Source: an uncultured Christensenellaceae bacterium | Lineage (GTDB): Bacteria > Bacillota > Clostridia > Christensenellales > CAG-1252 | Assembly (NCBI GenBank): GCA_964368645.1 | Contig: CAYJBY010000008.1 | Location: 47,249 to 111,248 of the forward strand | Direction: 5' to 3' | Length of the DNA: 64,000 nucleotides | Part shown: in pieces, positions 8,883 through 18,252 of the stretch | How the letters are laid out: every line of letters begins with the position of its first letter | Numbering within the stretch: position 1 is the stretch's first letter | Notes under the pieces: generated by a model | Databases searched by the model: none | What the model was told of the DNA's origin: nothing | The model's input: the letters and a program-made list of their open reading frames with translations, nothing else | Position numbers and translations under genes: made by a program

Positions 8883-9374
8883 TTATTGGTTATCTGCCGA
8901 TTTATCGGCGCTTTTTAGTTTTTCTCCGTAAAGAAACAGGTAGTTTTTTATCACGTTCAAACATTCCAGATACCGCTGCGGCTCGAAAAAAACCGGATCG
9001 GGTATCTTGACGTACTCCCCCGTTGCCAAAACCGAAAGCGTAAAATACTTTTTACGTAAGGAGGGAGGAAGATAATAGCGGTGAAGCTCGTTCATACCGA
9101 TTAAAATATCCGCGTCCTTACAACGGCGGTACCCCAAGCGGCACCACCAAGGTGAAGGAACGTGCGCCGATACGGCTGATGAATCAAAACCCTCGCTCGT
9201 TAGGGCGTTATAGGTTTTTGAGTTGATCTTCGTATGCTTGAAAATTGCCGCGGCAGAGCTTACGCTCTCGACTAACGCGCCTAATTCCCTGTCATCTCCG
9301 CACATTTTGCGGAAAACAAACTCGGCGTAGGGACTGCGGCAGATATTGCTTGCGCATACGAAAACAATCTTCAT
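8883..9374 (-). CDS. Low-molecular-weight protein-tyrosine/arsenate-type phosphatase
   Basis: Start moved to MKIVFVCASNICRSP (CX5R(S) P-loop). GGAGGA RBS. The start lies 3 nt after the upstream stop. Confidence 0.8.
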   Translation of the reverse strand: MKIVFVCASNICRSPYAEFVFRKMCGDDRELGALVESVSSAAAIFKHTKINSKTYNALTSEGFDSSAVSAHVPSPWWCRLGYRRCKDADILIGMNELHRYYLPPSLRKKYFTLSVLATGEYVKIPDPVFFEPQRYLECLNVIKNYLFLYGEKLKSADKSADNQ

Positions 9375-9376
9375 TC

Positions 9377-10051
9377 TCACTTTTCCTCCGCAAACATATC
9401 CCAAGGCTCGCCTGTAGGCATAGGAAGCTGTGCCGTGTATCCCTTATGGGTTACAGGCATTGCAAAGCTGATTTCCGAAGAAAACAACCCAAGAGAACCC
9501 TTAACCGAACTGCCGTACTTACCATCGCCCCAAAGAGGCATACCCCTAGATGCGAACTGCACCCTAACCTGATGCGTTCTGCCCGTCAAAAGCTTGACCT
9601 TAACAAGCGAAAACGTCCTATTATCCACGGTTTTCGACGCCAGAACCGAATATTCCAAAGCCGCTTCGCGAACGCCGTTCCGCTGTCTTTTGACAACGAA
9701 GCTCTTATTAGCCGTCCTATCGTAGTAAAGCAAATCTCTGTATTCGCCCTTGCTTTCCGTAGGGGTGCCCTCTACAACTGCAAGGTAGTGCTTAATCAGC
9801 CTGGACTGGGTTATCTGTTTTGACAATTCTGCCGCGGCTTCCGAGGTTTTTGCAATTACCATCAAGCCTGAGGTTTCCCTGTCCAGACGGTGAACGGCAT
9901 AAAGCTCGCCGCCTTTTACCGCCTTATCCTTAAGCAAGGACAGTATGCTTTCGCCCTTTCCCTCGGACGCTTGGGATAAAACTCCCTGCGGCTTGTCGGC
10001 GACGATTATGCTGTCATTCTCGAATACTATAGCTATATCCGTATGTTTCAT
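9377..10051 (-). CDS. RluA-family pseudouridine synthase
   Basis: Catalytic HRLDRETSGLMV motif and C-terminal GRTHQVRVQ. The start overlaps the upstream stop (TAATG). Confidence 0.85.
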   Translation of the reverse strand: MKHTDIAIVFENDSIIVADKPQGVLSQASEGKGESILSLLKDKAVKGGELYAVHRLDRETSGLMVIAKTSEAAAELSKQITQSRLIKHYLAVVEGTPTESKGEYRDLLYYDRTANKSFVVKRQRNGVREAALEYSVLASKTVDNRTFSLVKVKLLTGRTHQVRVQFASRGMPLWGDGKYGSSVKGSLGLFSSEISFAMPVTHKGYTAQLPMPTGEPWDMFAEEK

Positions 10052-13000
10052 TATTTGCGCACCTTCTTGGAGATAAGGAGAACCACGCCCACCGCGATTA
10101 TCATCAATGCGCCTATACCGCCGAAAACGATACCTACGATCGCCCCTGTGGGGAATACGTCGTACTCGGCGTGGTCGCTGATTATAATGCTGTCAACCAC
10201 AACCGCCCTACCGTTGACAAAGGTGTACGAGGTCACGGTCAAGTCGTGTTCTGTTACGGATACAGAAAGGAAAACGGGGGTTTCCGTAAGCTCAAGCATA
10301 CCGTCCGCAGTCAAGTATTGGCTGATTGCGCCGCCTACGCTGTCGCGCTTGATAATGGATACCTCGTCGTTATAAATATAATCGTAGAACTTGTCGCCGA
10401 TGGTTCCCATATTGACGTACAGTACGCTCTGGGGATTGACCGCGGCATTCCTGTCGTCCTTAGTTACCGCCACCGCGTTGCCCTCTCCGTCTATATACTC
10501 GCTTACCGAGTAGGTGTGGTCGTGTCCCTGCAAAACCAAATCCACTCCGTATTCCGCAAACAAGGGGGTTAATTGCGCACGTAGCGCGGTCACGTCCTTA
10601 TCGTATGCGTGTGAGCCTGCGGTGTAAGGTCCTTTGTGCATCAAAACTATCGTCCAATTCACCGTTTCGTCCGACTGTGCGCTTTCCAAATCCTCTGTCA
10701 GCCAATCGGTTTGCGTTAAGGACAGGGAACCGTCCGCGCTTAAATCGTTGGTATTTATTACCGCGAAATGCACACCGTTCATCGTGTAAGAATAATACGC
10801 GCCGCCTGTGGTCTGCACCGCGCCCTCGGGCTGTGCAAGCACCTCGTTAATCGTGCCGTCGTCCTCGTGGTTGCCTGCCGCGGTAATCAAAGCGTAATTC
10901 GTCCAAACGTCTGTCTGGCAGTTAAGCAGCCAGCCCCACTGATTGATATTTTCGCCGTTGTCCACGTTGTCGCCGCCGTCTAAGATAAATGCAGGGGTTT
11001 TGCCCTGAAGCAAAGCGGAATAGAGATATTTCGCAGACTCAAGATAGTTGTCCTCCACCGAGCCTTGTATATCGGTTATCGCCATAAAGTCAAGGGTGTT
11101 GCCCTGCGCGGTCAGCGTAAAGGTGTGAATAGGAGTCCAGCCGTAAGCGTCACTGCCCACTCTGTAATAATAGGTGCCTGCGGTTAAGCCCTTAAGGCTG
11201 ACGGAAAACTTGTTGTACTGCTTAACGCTGTTGGTTAAATTAAAATACAAAATGCCTAAATCGATATTCGGTATGGGATATACGACGTTTTCGCTTGTCG
11301 CCTTAACCCGTGTAAAGCTGCCCTCTGCGGTGCGGTACTCGATATAACTCGTTTCCAAGCGAGTAGGCTCGAAGGGATCAACGGCTATTGCCGTGTACCA
11401 AACGAAGTTGCGGTCGGTATATACGTTCTCGCCGAGAGTCAAGCTGAGCATAGACGGCATTAAGCCGTTCTCCGCTGTGGGAACCACCGTCAGCTTATCC
11501 CCGTCGGAAGTCTTTTGATAGGAATGACCGACGAAAGCGTCCTCGGAATATATCACGTGGAAATCCGTCTTGTTGGTGACGTTATAGCCCTCTGCGCTGT
11601 TCCAGTAGGAGCCGTCGTCAGTCGCGTCAGTCGCCAAGGAAAGGAGAATTTGTGCGCCGTAGTTGCCTATATTGCAGCACAAAGCGTCCGTTACGTACTT
11701 GTCTATCAGCTCCGCGTTGACGAAGTCGGTAAGACTGTCGTACTCCATATAAAGCTCAAGGTACTCGGTTACTGTGCCGATGATACTTGCCATACTGCCG
11801 CTGCCGCCGCCCAAGGCTTCAAGAGTCGTTCTTATAAGACTGACGTTCAGCAATTCGGGAATATAATTCAAAACGCCGTACAGCGTATCAATGTTGTTAT
11901 TCTTCAGTTGAGTTACCGCAACGGATATAATCGTACCTATCGCGCCGCTGCCTGAGGAGGACGCGTTAAGCGCGGCCGCCAGGTCTATGCCCTCGCCTGC
12001 CGCCAAAGCGGGTTTTGATAAATCTATTCTGATAGGAGTGTTAAACAGCAGTTCGATTTGAGGGAAAAGCAGGTCTGAAACCATTTCCACCAAAAAGCTT
12101 ACCAACTTACCCGACTTCGCCGCGTCCGCAAGAGCGGCAACCGCCTCGGAAGGCTCCTGGGGGTTGGCTCCTGCCATATGACCGCCGTAAATCTCTTTCA
12201 CTGCCTGCGCCGCCGTGTAGCCGCCCTGAACCTTGCCGAAGGAAAGGTCGTAGTTAAGCAGGTAATCCACTACGTCCTCGGCGAAAGCCACGAGGTCGTA
12301 ACCCGAAACGGGAGCGTCGCTCATCGTAATGCCGTCTGCGGTAAACTGCGGCTTATAAAAATCCACGTCCTTAAGCTCGCTTGCAAGGGTCCTGACAATG
12401 TTGGAAAGATACGCGCTTTGACCGTCCGCCAAGCCGCCTATCATACCATACAGTCCCTCGTTGACGAAGGAGCTTGCCATATTGCCTACCATATTCTTGA
12501 TATTATTATCCAAATAATCGGTTAGCTTTTGGGGATTGCCGTCCTTGTCCGAGGTGGTTAAGCTCACGGTTTTGATTACGCCGTTATCGATAATCACGTC
12601 GCCGTCCGCGGTCATCTCGTAAGCGTTATAGGTTACGGGAGTGTCGATACTGATTACGTTGCTGTACATATCCTCGGTGATACTGCCGTCGCTGTAGCTT
12701 TTGAGGACAAAATCAACGGTACGGTAAGGACAGCCGAAGCTAATCGGGGAACCTACCTCGTAATCGTAGAATACACTACCCTGTTGAGTAACGTAATTAG
12801 CCACGTCGGATGAGTGCATATGTCCAGAAAAACCGTATTTGATACCTGCGTCAGCCAACGCTTCCACAGAGTCGCGCCAGTTGTCAAAGGTGAAAAGGCT
12901 GAGAATCTCGTCCTCGAAATCGAAGTGAGGAAGATAATTCTCGTGCGCCATAGTCAGCAAAAACTTCCCTGCCGCCGCGTCCGCTCTTGTGGATTGGATA

Positions 13001-13950
13001 GCCCACTGGAGCTGAGCGTTGCTGAAATAACCGCCTGTAGGCTCCGTCCAGTTATAGGTTACGGTATCGGGATCGGCGTCCTCGCCTATGTACTTGTGAG
13101 TATTGCCGTCCAAAGCTACGAGGGTAAAGTCGGGGCAACGGGCGATATAGGATAACGCGCCGTGTCTGGACGCTTGTTCCATAATGCTCCAGTCGTGGTC
13201 GCTTGCCTCGAAAGCGTCGATTAAGTCTTGGGAGGGGGTTTGGATAGTCAAGCCGAAATCGTCGTCATACCAGTAATCGCTGTCATAGAAAAACTCAAGG
13301 GTGAACGACTTGTTGTTCATTTTGCTTTGGTCATAGCCGAAAGCGGCGTAAATCTCAACGAAATCCGCAAAGGTAGTGGAGGGTGCGCCCTTGCCGTCGG
13401 CATAAGATGCGATAAGCTGCTTGCGCTCCTCGTCGTTGGCACACGCCAGCAATGCCGCCTCGTCGGGCATATAGGTCTTAGAATTGTTATTATAGGTGTC
13501 GTGGTTGCCGGGAGTTACCAGAATTTGGAAGCCCTCATAGCCTGCTCTTACCTTCATTCTGTCCGTAAAGGCAGCAAAAATTTCCGCCAGTCTTTGGTTG
13601 CAGGCTTTCTCGCCGTTGCTGGTAAGGTCGCCTGTGACGAACACGTAAAGGGGCGGCTCGTCCAGAGCGTACATATCGTCTAAAACGGCTTGCACAGCCG
13701 CCTCGCTCTCGATCATAAGCTTGGAATTCTTGTAATACGCGTCCTTATAAGCGGTTGACTGTAGATTACAGTAATCCTCGATAAATAAGTGCGTATCGGA
13801 AAGCTGGGCGATACGAATCGTCTTGGTCGTGACGACGGATACCTCCGCTTGAGCCTCCGCGCTGACGCAGGTTAAGGTCAGTACAAAACAAAAAACCGCA
13901 AAAATTACAAATACGATAGCGGGTCTCGCCAAAGAACGTGAACTCGTCAT
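10051..13950 (-). CDS. Giant membrane-anchored extracytoplasmic protein with two metallophosphoesterase domains (the second is purple-acid-phosphatase-like)
   Basis: Start moved to MTSSRSLARP (GGAGG RBS). Signal peptide is present. MPE1 motifs are DTHLF, GDLTSNGE, GNHD, GHMHSS. A PAP-N-like YYYRVGSDAYGWTPIHTFT segment follows. MPE2 motifs are ITDIQG, GGDNVDNG, AGNHED, MHKGPY, GHDHTY. There is a C-terminal TM anchor plus KKVRK. Confidence 0.85.
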   Translation of the reverse strand: MTSSRSLARPAIVFVIFAVFCFVLTLTCVSAEAQAEVSVVTTKTIRIAQLSDTHLFIEDYCNLQSTAYKDAYYKNSKLMIESEAAVQAVLDDMYALDEPPLYVFVTGDLTSNGEKACNQRLAEIFAAFTDRMKVRAGYEGFQILVTPGNHDTYNNNSKTYMPDEAALLACANDEERKQLIASYADGKGAPSTTFADFVEIYAAFGYDQSKMNNKSFTLEFFYDSDYWYDDDFGLTIQTPSQDLIDAFEASDHDWSIMEQASRHGALSYIARCPDFTLVALDGNTHKYIGEDADPDTVTYNWTEPTGGYFSNAQLQWAIQSTRADAAAGKFLLTMAHENYLPHFDFEDEILSLFTFDNWRDSVEALADAGIKYGFSGHMHSSDVANYVTQQGSVFYDYEVGSPISFGCPYRTVDFVLKSYSDGSITEDMYSNVISIDTPVTYNAYEMTADGDVIIDNGVIKTVSLTTSDKDGNPQKLTDYLDNNIKNMVGNMASSFVNEGLYGMIGGLADGQSAYLSNIVRTLASELKDVDFYKPQFTADGITMSDAPVSGYDLVAFAEDVVDYLLNYDLSFGKVQGGYTAAQAVKEIYGGHMAGANPQEPSEAVAALADAAKSGKLVSFLVEMVSDLLFPQIELLFNTPIRIDLSKPALAAGEGIDLAAALNASSSGSGAIGTIISVAVTQLKNNNIDTLYGVLNYIPELLNVSLIRTTLEALGGGSGSMASIIGTVTEYLELYMEYDSLTDFVNAELIDKYVTDALCCNIGNYGAQILLSLATDATDDGSYWNSAEGYNVTNKTDFHVIYSEDAFVGHSYQKTSDGDKLTVVPTAENGLMPSMLSLTLGENVYTDRNFVWYTAIAVDPFEPTRLETSYIEYRTAEGSFTRVKATSENVVYPIPNIDLGILYFNLTNSVKQYNKFSVSLKGLTAGTYYYRVGSDAYGWTPIHTFTLTAQGNTLDFMAITDIQGSVEDNYLESAKYLYSALLQGKTPAFILDGGDNVDNGENINQWGWLLNCQTDVWTNYALITAAGNHEDDGTINEVLAQPEGAVQTTGGAYYSYTMNGVHFAVINTNDLSADGSLSLTQTDWLTEDLESAQSDETVNWTIVLMHKGPYTAGSHAYDKDVTALRAQLTPLFAEYGVDLVLQGHDHTYSVSEYIDGEGNAVAVTKDDRNAAVNPQSVLYVNMGTIGDKFYDYIYNDEVSIIKRDSVGGAISQYLTADGMLELTETPVFLSVSVTEHDLTVTSYTFVNGRAVVVDSIIISDHAEYDVFPTGAIVGIVFGGIGALMIIAVGVVLLISKKVRK

Positions 13951-13976
13951 AAAAATCCTCCGCAAAAACTTGACAC

Positions 13977-14005
13977 ATTTTATCATATAAAATGATATAA
14001 GTCAA
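13977..14005 (-). promoter_or_regulatory. Promoter of the six-gene minus-strand operon (13950 to 6928)
   Basis: On the minus strand: TTGACT, 17 nt, TAAAAT. It sits 27 nt upstream of the ATG. Confidence 0.5.
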
Positions 14006-14059
14006 TCCTTTATCCGCCGCAAGAACAATTCCTTACGGCGGCGAGTTGCATAGAATCGG

Positions 14060-14088
14060 TTGTCCTTTTTGGAAAAAAGTGGTATTAT
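14060..14088 (+). promoter_or_regulatory. Candidate promoter for the Big_2-VanZ gene
   Basis: TTGTCC, 17 nt, TATTAT. It would give a leader of about 130 nt. Confidence 0.4.
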
Positions 14089-14220
14089 CTGCTAAAAGGT
14101 CAGCCGTATCCGCAACAACTTTTCAACTCAAACCCTTTTCTTTCGGCACGGCGAGGTCAGACTGTTACGTTATCCTAACGGCCGCCCGTAAGCGGATTTA
14201 CACGGCAAACGAGGTAAGCT

Positions 14221-16128
14221 ATGCGCTCTTTGGCAAATAAAAAACTGTTATTAATCTTCAAAATCGGCTGTGCGGTTGTTCTTGCCGCGCTTACGATTTT
14301 CCTTATCGCCGAAAGTTGCGTACCCTCCAAGCAATCCGCCGCCCAAAGTACCGCCGTCGGCAACGTAGTCAAGGCAGGTATCGACAGCGCGACAAAACAG
14401 GTTTTCACAGAGCCTAACGCCATTGCCTTTTCTAATCCCGAAGATACGGCAATTACCCTCTTTGCAGGAGCAACGCTTAAACTGCAAGTGGAGTTTTTAC
14501 CTGCTAACGCGTCCTACAAGGGGCGCACCTACGCAAGCTCCGACAACGCAGTCGTTTCGGTAAGCAAGGACGGTCTTCTCACCGCTAAGGGCGTAGGAAC
14601 CGCAACCGTTACAGTTACCTCCTCCAGAATAAACAGTTTAACCGACAGCTTTTCAGTCACCGTTGCCGAGGTTCCCCTTGAGGGCTTGACCTTCAAGGAC
14701 GAAGCTGTTTCCCTCCGCGTAGGAGAAACTGCCTTCGCTTCAATAGTCACCGCGCCTAGCGGTGCGGCACTGCCCACAAACGGCGTTTTTCAGTCCTTGT
14801 CACCAGAGATTGCCACCGTCGATAACGGCATTATTAAGGCAATTCAGGTCGGCACCGCCATCCTAACCTATAGCGCAGGCGGTCTTCAAACCACTTGTAC
14901 GGTTACGGTTACAGAGGGCGCGCCCTTCGTTCCCACCGCCTATCTTACTATCGGCGAAACCATTTCGCTAAACGGAGAAAACGTTGACTTTACTCAAAGT
15001 AGCGTCACGGTCGGCAACCGCTTTAAGCTCTCAGTTACCGCCTTTGGAGAGGGCGGCGTCAGAGCGACCGAACAGTCCTTTTTCTTCACCGTAAACGACA
15101 ATAGCCTTGCAAAAAGCGTCGGCAACGGGGAATTTATCGCAAAGGGTTGCGGTGACCTTACCGTAACGGTTCGCGCATATTCGGATACTTATGGCAGTTA
15201 TTCGGAAAATTTCGATATTCATATAAGCAATTATTTCGACAAGCTGATTATCGGAAATATCGGCAATTTAACTATCGGCGACAGCGTTCAAACCGAGGTG
15301 GATTACTGCGGCGCGACCTATCGCGTTCTAACCTACGCTACCGATAACGACAAGGTTATCGAAGTTACCTCGGACGGCGTGGTCAACGCCTTGGCAGAGG
15401 GTGAAGCAACCCTCACGATAACTCTCGACGACGGCGACTCAACACCCCACGTTTATACCCAAAAAATCAAGGTCGAAAGACAATCCTTAATCAGCGACCT
15501 GCAAAGATTTTATCTCTATATCCGTAAGGGCTTGGGACATTTTGCCGCCTTTGCGTGTCTGGGTATCGCTACCGCCGTCACTCTTTTGCTACTGTTGAAA
15601 AAATACCGCTTTTCTCTCCCCTTAATCTCGGTATTCGGATTTACGGTTGCCGCTCTTACGGAGCTGTGCCAAAAGTTCACGGAGGGAAGATACGGCTGTT
15701 GGGAGGATGTAGGCATCGACTGTGCCGGCTATTACATAGCCGCTGTGGCGGTTGTCGCGGTCTTCCTTATAGTTAAAGCGGTAAAAATCCGCAAGTCAAA
15801 GCTTACCCAAAAAGCCGCGGCTTTAGGCTTCGCAGAGGATACGATTATAACAAGCGCAACGGATTCCAATACGAATGAATCTAACGCCGCCGAGGGCAAT
15901 GCAACGGATTCCGCCTTGTCCGACACATCGCCAACCGCTTCCGCTCTACACGATTCCGCCTTGTCCGATACTTTACCCGATTCAACGCAAACCGAGGGCA
16001 AAGTAATCGATACTAAGGCTAATGAGTCTAACGTCACCGATTCCACTGTATCCGACTCCGACTTGTCCGACTCTGCGACAACGACCGCTCCCGAAGAGTC
16101 TTTAGGCAATCCTCAAGCGGACGAATAG
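14221..16128 (+). CDS. Membrane protein with N-terminal TM anchor, about 4-5 Big_2 (bacterial Ig-like) repeats, a VanZ-like TM domain and an S/T/D-rich tail
   Basis: Repeated VSKDGLLTAKGVGTATVTVTS / TVDNGIIKAIQVGTAILTY / TSDGVVNALAEGEATLTITL motifs indicate Big_2. YIRKGLGHFAAFACLG...ELCQKFTEGRYGCWEDVGIDCAGY indicates VanZ-like. Confidence 0.75.
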   Translation: MRSLANKKLLLIFKIGCAVVLAALTIFLIAESCVPSKQSAAQSTAVGNVVKAGIDSATKQVFTEPNAIAFSNPEDTAITLFAGATLKLQVEFLPANASYKGRTYASSDNAVVSVSKDGLLTAKGVGTATVTVTSSRINSLTDSFSVTVAEVPLEGLTFKDEAVSLRVGETAFASIVTAPSGAALPTNGVFQSLSPEIATVDNGIIKAIQVGTAILTYSAGGLQTTCTVTVTEGAPFVPTAYLTIGETISLNGENVDFTQSSVTVGNRFKLSVTAFGEGGVRATEQSFFFTVNDNSLAKSVGNGEFIAKGCGDLTVTVRAYSDTYGSYSENFDIHISNYFDKLIIGNIGNLTIGDSVQTEVDYCGATYRVLTYATDNDKVIEVTSDGVVNALAEGEATLTITLDDGDSTPHVYTQKIKVERQSLISDLQRFYLYIRKGLGHFAAFACLGIATAVTLLLLLKKYRFSLPLISVFGFTVAALTELCQKFTEGRYGCWEDVGIDCAGYYIAAVAVVAVFLIVKAVKIRKSKLTQKAAALGFAEDTIITSATDSNTNESNAAEGNATDSALSDTSPTASALHDSALSDTLPDSTQTEGKVIDTKANESNVTDSTVSDSDLSDSATTTAPEESLGNPQADE

Positions 16129-16167
16129 ACTTTTTAACGCTCAATCTTAAACAGTAATCTTTACTTA

Positions 16168-16195
16168 ATAAAAAATTCGGCTGTTAAAAGCCGAA
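16168..16195 (-). terminator. Rho-independent terminator (minus strand)
   Basis: Stem ttcggct/agccgaa with a T6 tract on the minus strand, downstream of small ORF 16299-16388. Confidence 0.6.
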
Positions 16196-16206
16196 CTCTA
16201 AAGGCA

Positions 16207-16252
16207 AAAGCCGTCAAACAGCGATACGTCGCGCTATCGAACGGCTTTTTTT
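16207..16252 (+). terminator. Rho-independent terminator for 14221-16128
   Basis: Outer stem aaagccgt/acggcttt, inner stem cgata/tatcg, followed by T7. Confidence 0.65.
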
Positions 16253-16298
16253 ATCTGAAGTATTCCTCCTATGGAATACTGTTAGAACTTGATTGACC

Positions 16299-16388
16299 TT
16301 ACAGGGATATACAGGCGACTACGAACGTAGCTAAGGACAACGCTATGAAACCTACTAATGCAAACGATAGTCTTATAACTCTTACCAT
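16299..16388 (-). CDS. 29-aa hydrophobic peptide, paralog 1 (MVRVIRLSFALVGFIALSLATFVVACISL)
   Basis: Not in the ORF track (shorter than 60 aa). GGAGG at 16396-16400, exactly 7 nt before the ATG. Single TM helix with a basic N-terminus. A paralog lies 590 bp away. Confidence 0.6.
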   Translation of the reverse strand: MVRVIRLSFALVGFIALSLATFVVACISL

Positions 16389-16761
16389 TGTTCTACCTCC
16401 TTGGTCGGCTGTACCGATTTGTTTTATACTTACATCTTATCATCTCAAGCGCACAAATATCGCATCGGTATGCGCTCAAAAAGCGCACCTAAAAGCGTAT
16501 TAATTGCGCATTTTTCTCGTTTTTTTGCTGAAACCCGACCTTTACCGCGCCTACTTCTGCGCTTTTGCCGCGGACAATACGCAACGGCTTCGGTCGTCTA
16601 AGAGCCTTTTTTGCATTTGCACAGCGGCATCAACGCAAACGATTACAAAGCAACTACTGCGAAACGTAAGAGAGTCGAAATTCTTTTGCCGCCTGCCGCG
16701 GCGTTCTCTGCTCGCTCACAGTTCTTATTGCCGCCTTTCCTATCGGCTTGCGCCGCTTCAC

Positions 16762-16809
16762 AAAGAAAAAGGGTTGCGCTATCCTAAAGGAGTGAGATGC
16801 GACAACCCT
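16762..16809 (-). terminator. Rho-independent terminator (minus strand)
   Basis: Stem agggttg(t)cgc/gcgcaaccct followed by TTTTTCTTTG on the minus strand. It lies 80 nt downstream of small ORF 16889-16978. Confidence 0.6.
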
Positions 16810-16888
16810 AACTGCAAGCCGCGGCTTGGGGGAAAACCGACTGTTGACTTGCAGGATATAAGCAGACTGTATCCGCTCGTATAACCTA

Positions 16889-16978
16889 TTAAAGTGCTAA
16901 ACTGACCACAACGAACACTGTTAAGCAAACCGCTACAATTCCTATAACCGCAAATGTAATTTTGATCGCTTTAATCAT
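16889..16978 (-). CDS. 29-aa hydrophobic peptide, paralog 2 (MIKAIKITFAVIGIVAVCLTVFVVVSLAL)
   Basis: Not in the ORF track. GGAGG at 16986-16990, 7 nt before the ATG. It has 11/29 identical and nearly all conservative positions versus paralog 1, despite diverged DNA. Confidence 0.6.
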   Translation of the reverse strand: MIKAIKITFAVIGIVAVCLTVFVVVSLAL

Positions 16979-17165
16979 AAGTGAACCTCCTGTTCTGTTT
17001 TATAGTCCCATTTTATCAGTCCGACCGCTCAAAAAACGCAACTGCAAACGCAAAGAAAGCGCACCTAAAAGCGCATAATAACCGCATAAACAAGTAAAAA
17101 TAGTGTGGAAATACGTAAAAAACAGGGGGAAACTTAAAAGACCTTACAATAATACTCCGTAGCCG

Positions 17166-17996
17166 TTATCTAACGGTGTTTTTGGCGGCGATATCGTCGA
17201 TTATCCCTTTCACGGTAACGTCCAGTTCCTTTCCCTCTCTGTAATCCGCCGCCGCGCCGTAACGTATCCGCCCGTCGGTCAAAAGCTTTTGCACCTTGGC
17301 GGTATTCGCCGTTTCGGGATCGTAAACGCCTATGGCGTAGCCCTCGTAGGAGGTTAAAAGTTTCATACAGGGAATATCGGTCATACTGTCCCCAACGTAA
17401 ACCATTCGGTTAAAGGGAACGTAATAATCCGCAAAGGGCATATAATCGTTGACAGAGGGGTCCGTAACGTCCGTACAGCCCTTGGATATGCGGAAAAGGA
17501 ATTGAGTTTTGTTGGTGTAATTGACGGATTGCGCCGGCCACACCGCCACGCACTTATCAAAATAAAACGCGCACGCGTATATAGCTTCAAATTCGTCTGC
17601 TATTGCCGTGCCCTCAATCATTTCCTTGATACCGGAAGAAATTATATAATGCTCCGCCTTAAAGCCCTTGTCGGCGCAGTAAGCGTTAATTCGTTTGAAC
17701 CAGTCCTTAACTCCGGGATAAAAACTCACCTTTTCGCCGTAGCCTGCCAGCGAATCCTTTGTCAACGGGAAATGTCCGACGGCTTCCTTAACCATAAGGT
17801 ACATATAAGCCAGATTATCGTCCATACCGTTGTTATGAACCAGCTCAGCCGTTTTCCGCCAAAAAACGTCCACGTCGTATCCCACGTCCTGTATGTAACC
17901 CTGCGCCTGCATATCCCAAGGGGAAAGGGTGCGGTCAAAATCGTAACAGAACGCAATTATCGGTACGTTGGTTTTTTGTTTTCTGACGTAATCCAT
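17166..17996 (-). CDS. HAD-superfamily hydrolase/phosphatase
   Basis: Motif I is YDFDRTLS (DxDxT). Motif IV is YVGDSMTDIPCMK. Confidence 0.7.
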   Translation of the reverse strand: MDYVRKQKTNVPIIAFCYDFDRTLSPWDMQAQGYIQDVGYDVDVFWRKTAELVHNNGMDDNLAYMYLMVKEAVGHFPLTKDSLAGYGEKVSFYPGVKDWFKRINAYCADKGFKAEHYIISSGIKEMIEGTAIADEFEAIYACAFYFDKCVAVWPAQSVNYTNKTQFLFRISKGCTDVTDPSVNDYMPFADYYVPFNRMVYVGDSMTDIPCMKLLTSYEGYAIGVYDPETANTAKVQKLLTDGRIRYGAAADYREGKELDVTVKGIIDDIAAKNTVR

Positions 17997-18252
17997 AGCA
18001 ACTCCTTATGATAGCGGCATTATCTCACCCTTGCGCCAAAAGACGGCGCAGAGCTTTGTCCGAGAGGCGCACAACCGCATAATTATCGGCTCTTTTCCGC
18101 AGGGCTTAAGCTACTATAAGCCGAACGCGTTTCTTCTCCGCTGTTATTATAATACAACCCGAGAGAATAAAAAGCAATCGGCAGTTGGCTTTCGGCGTTG
18201 TTTACGCAATAAAAAAAACAGTTTTTCGGGCGTGGTTTGGCGGATTTGCACA

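Noticed and set aside
16504-16884. The 126-aa ORF (and 16401-16601) in the large non-coding gap.
   Set aside because: It has no RBS and an Arg/Cys/Leu-rich unnatural composition. It spans a minus-strand terminator hairpin (16762-16809). The region is better explained by the two small minus-strand peptide units and their flanks.
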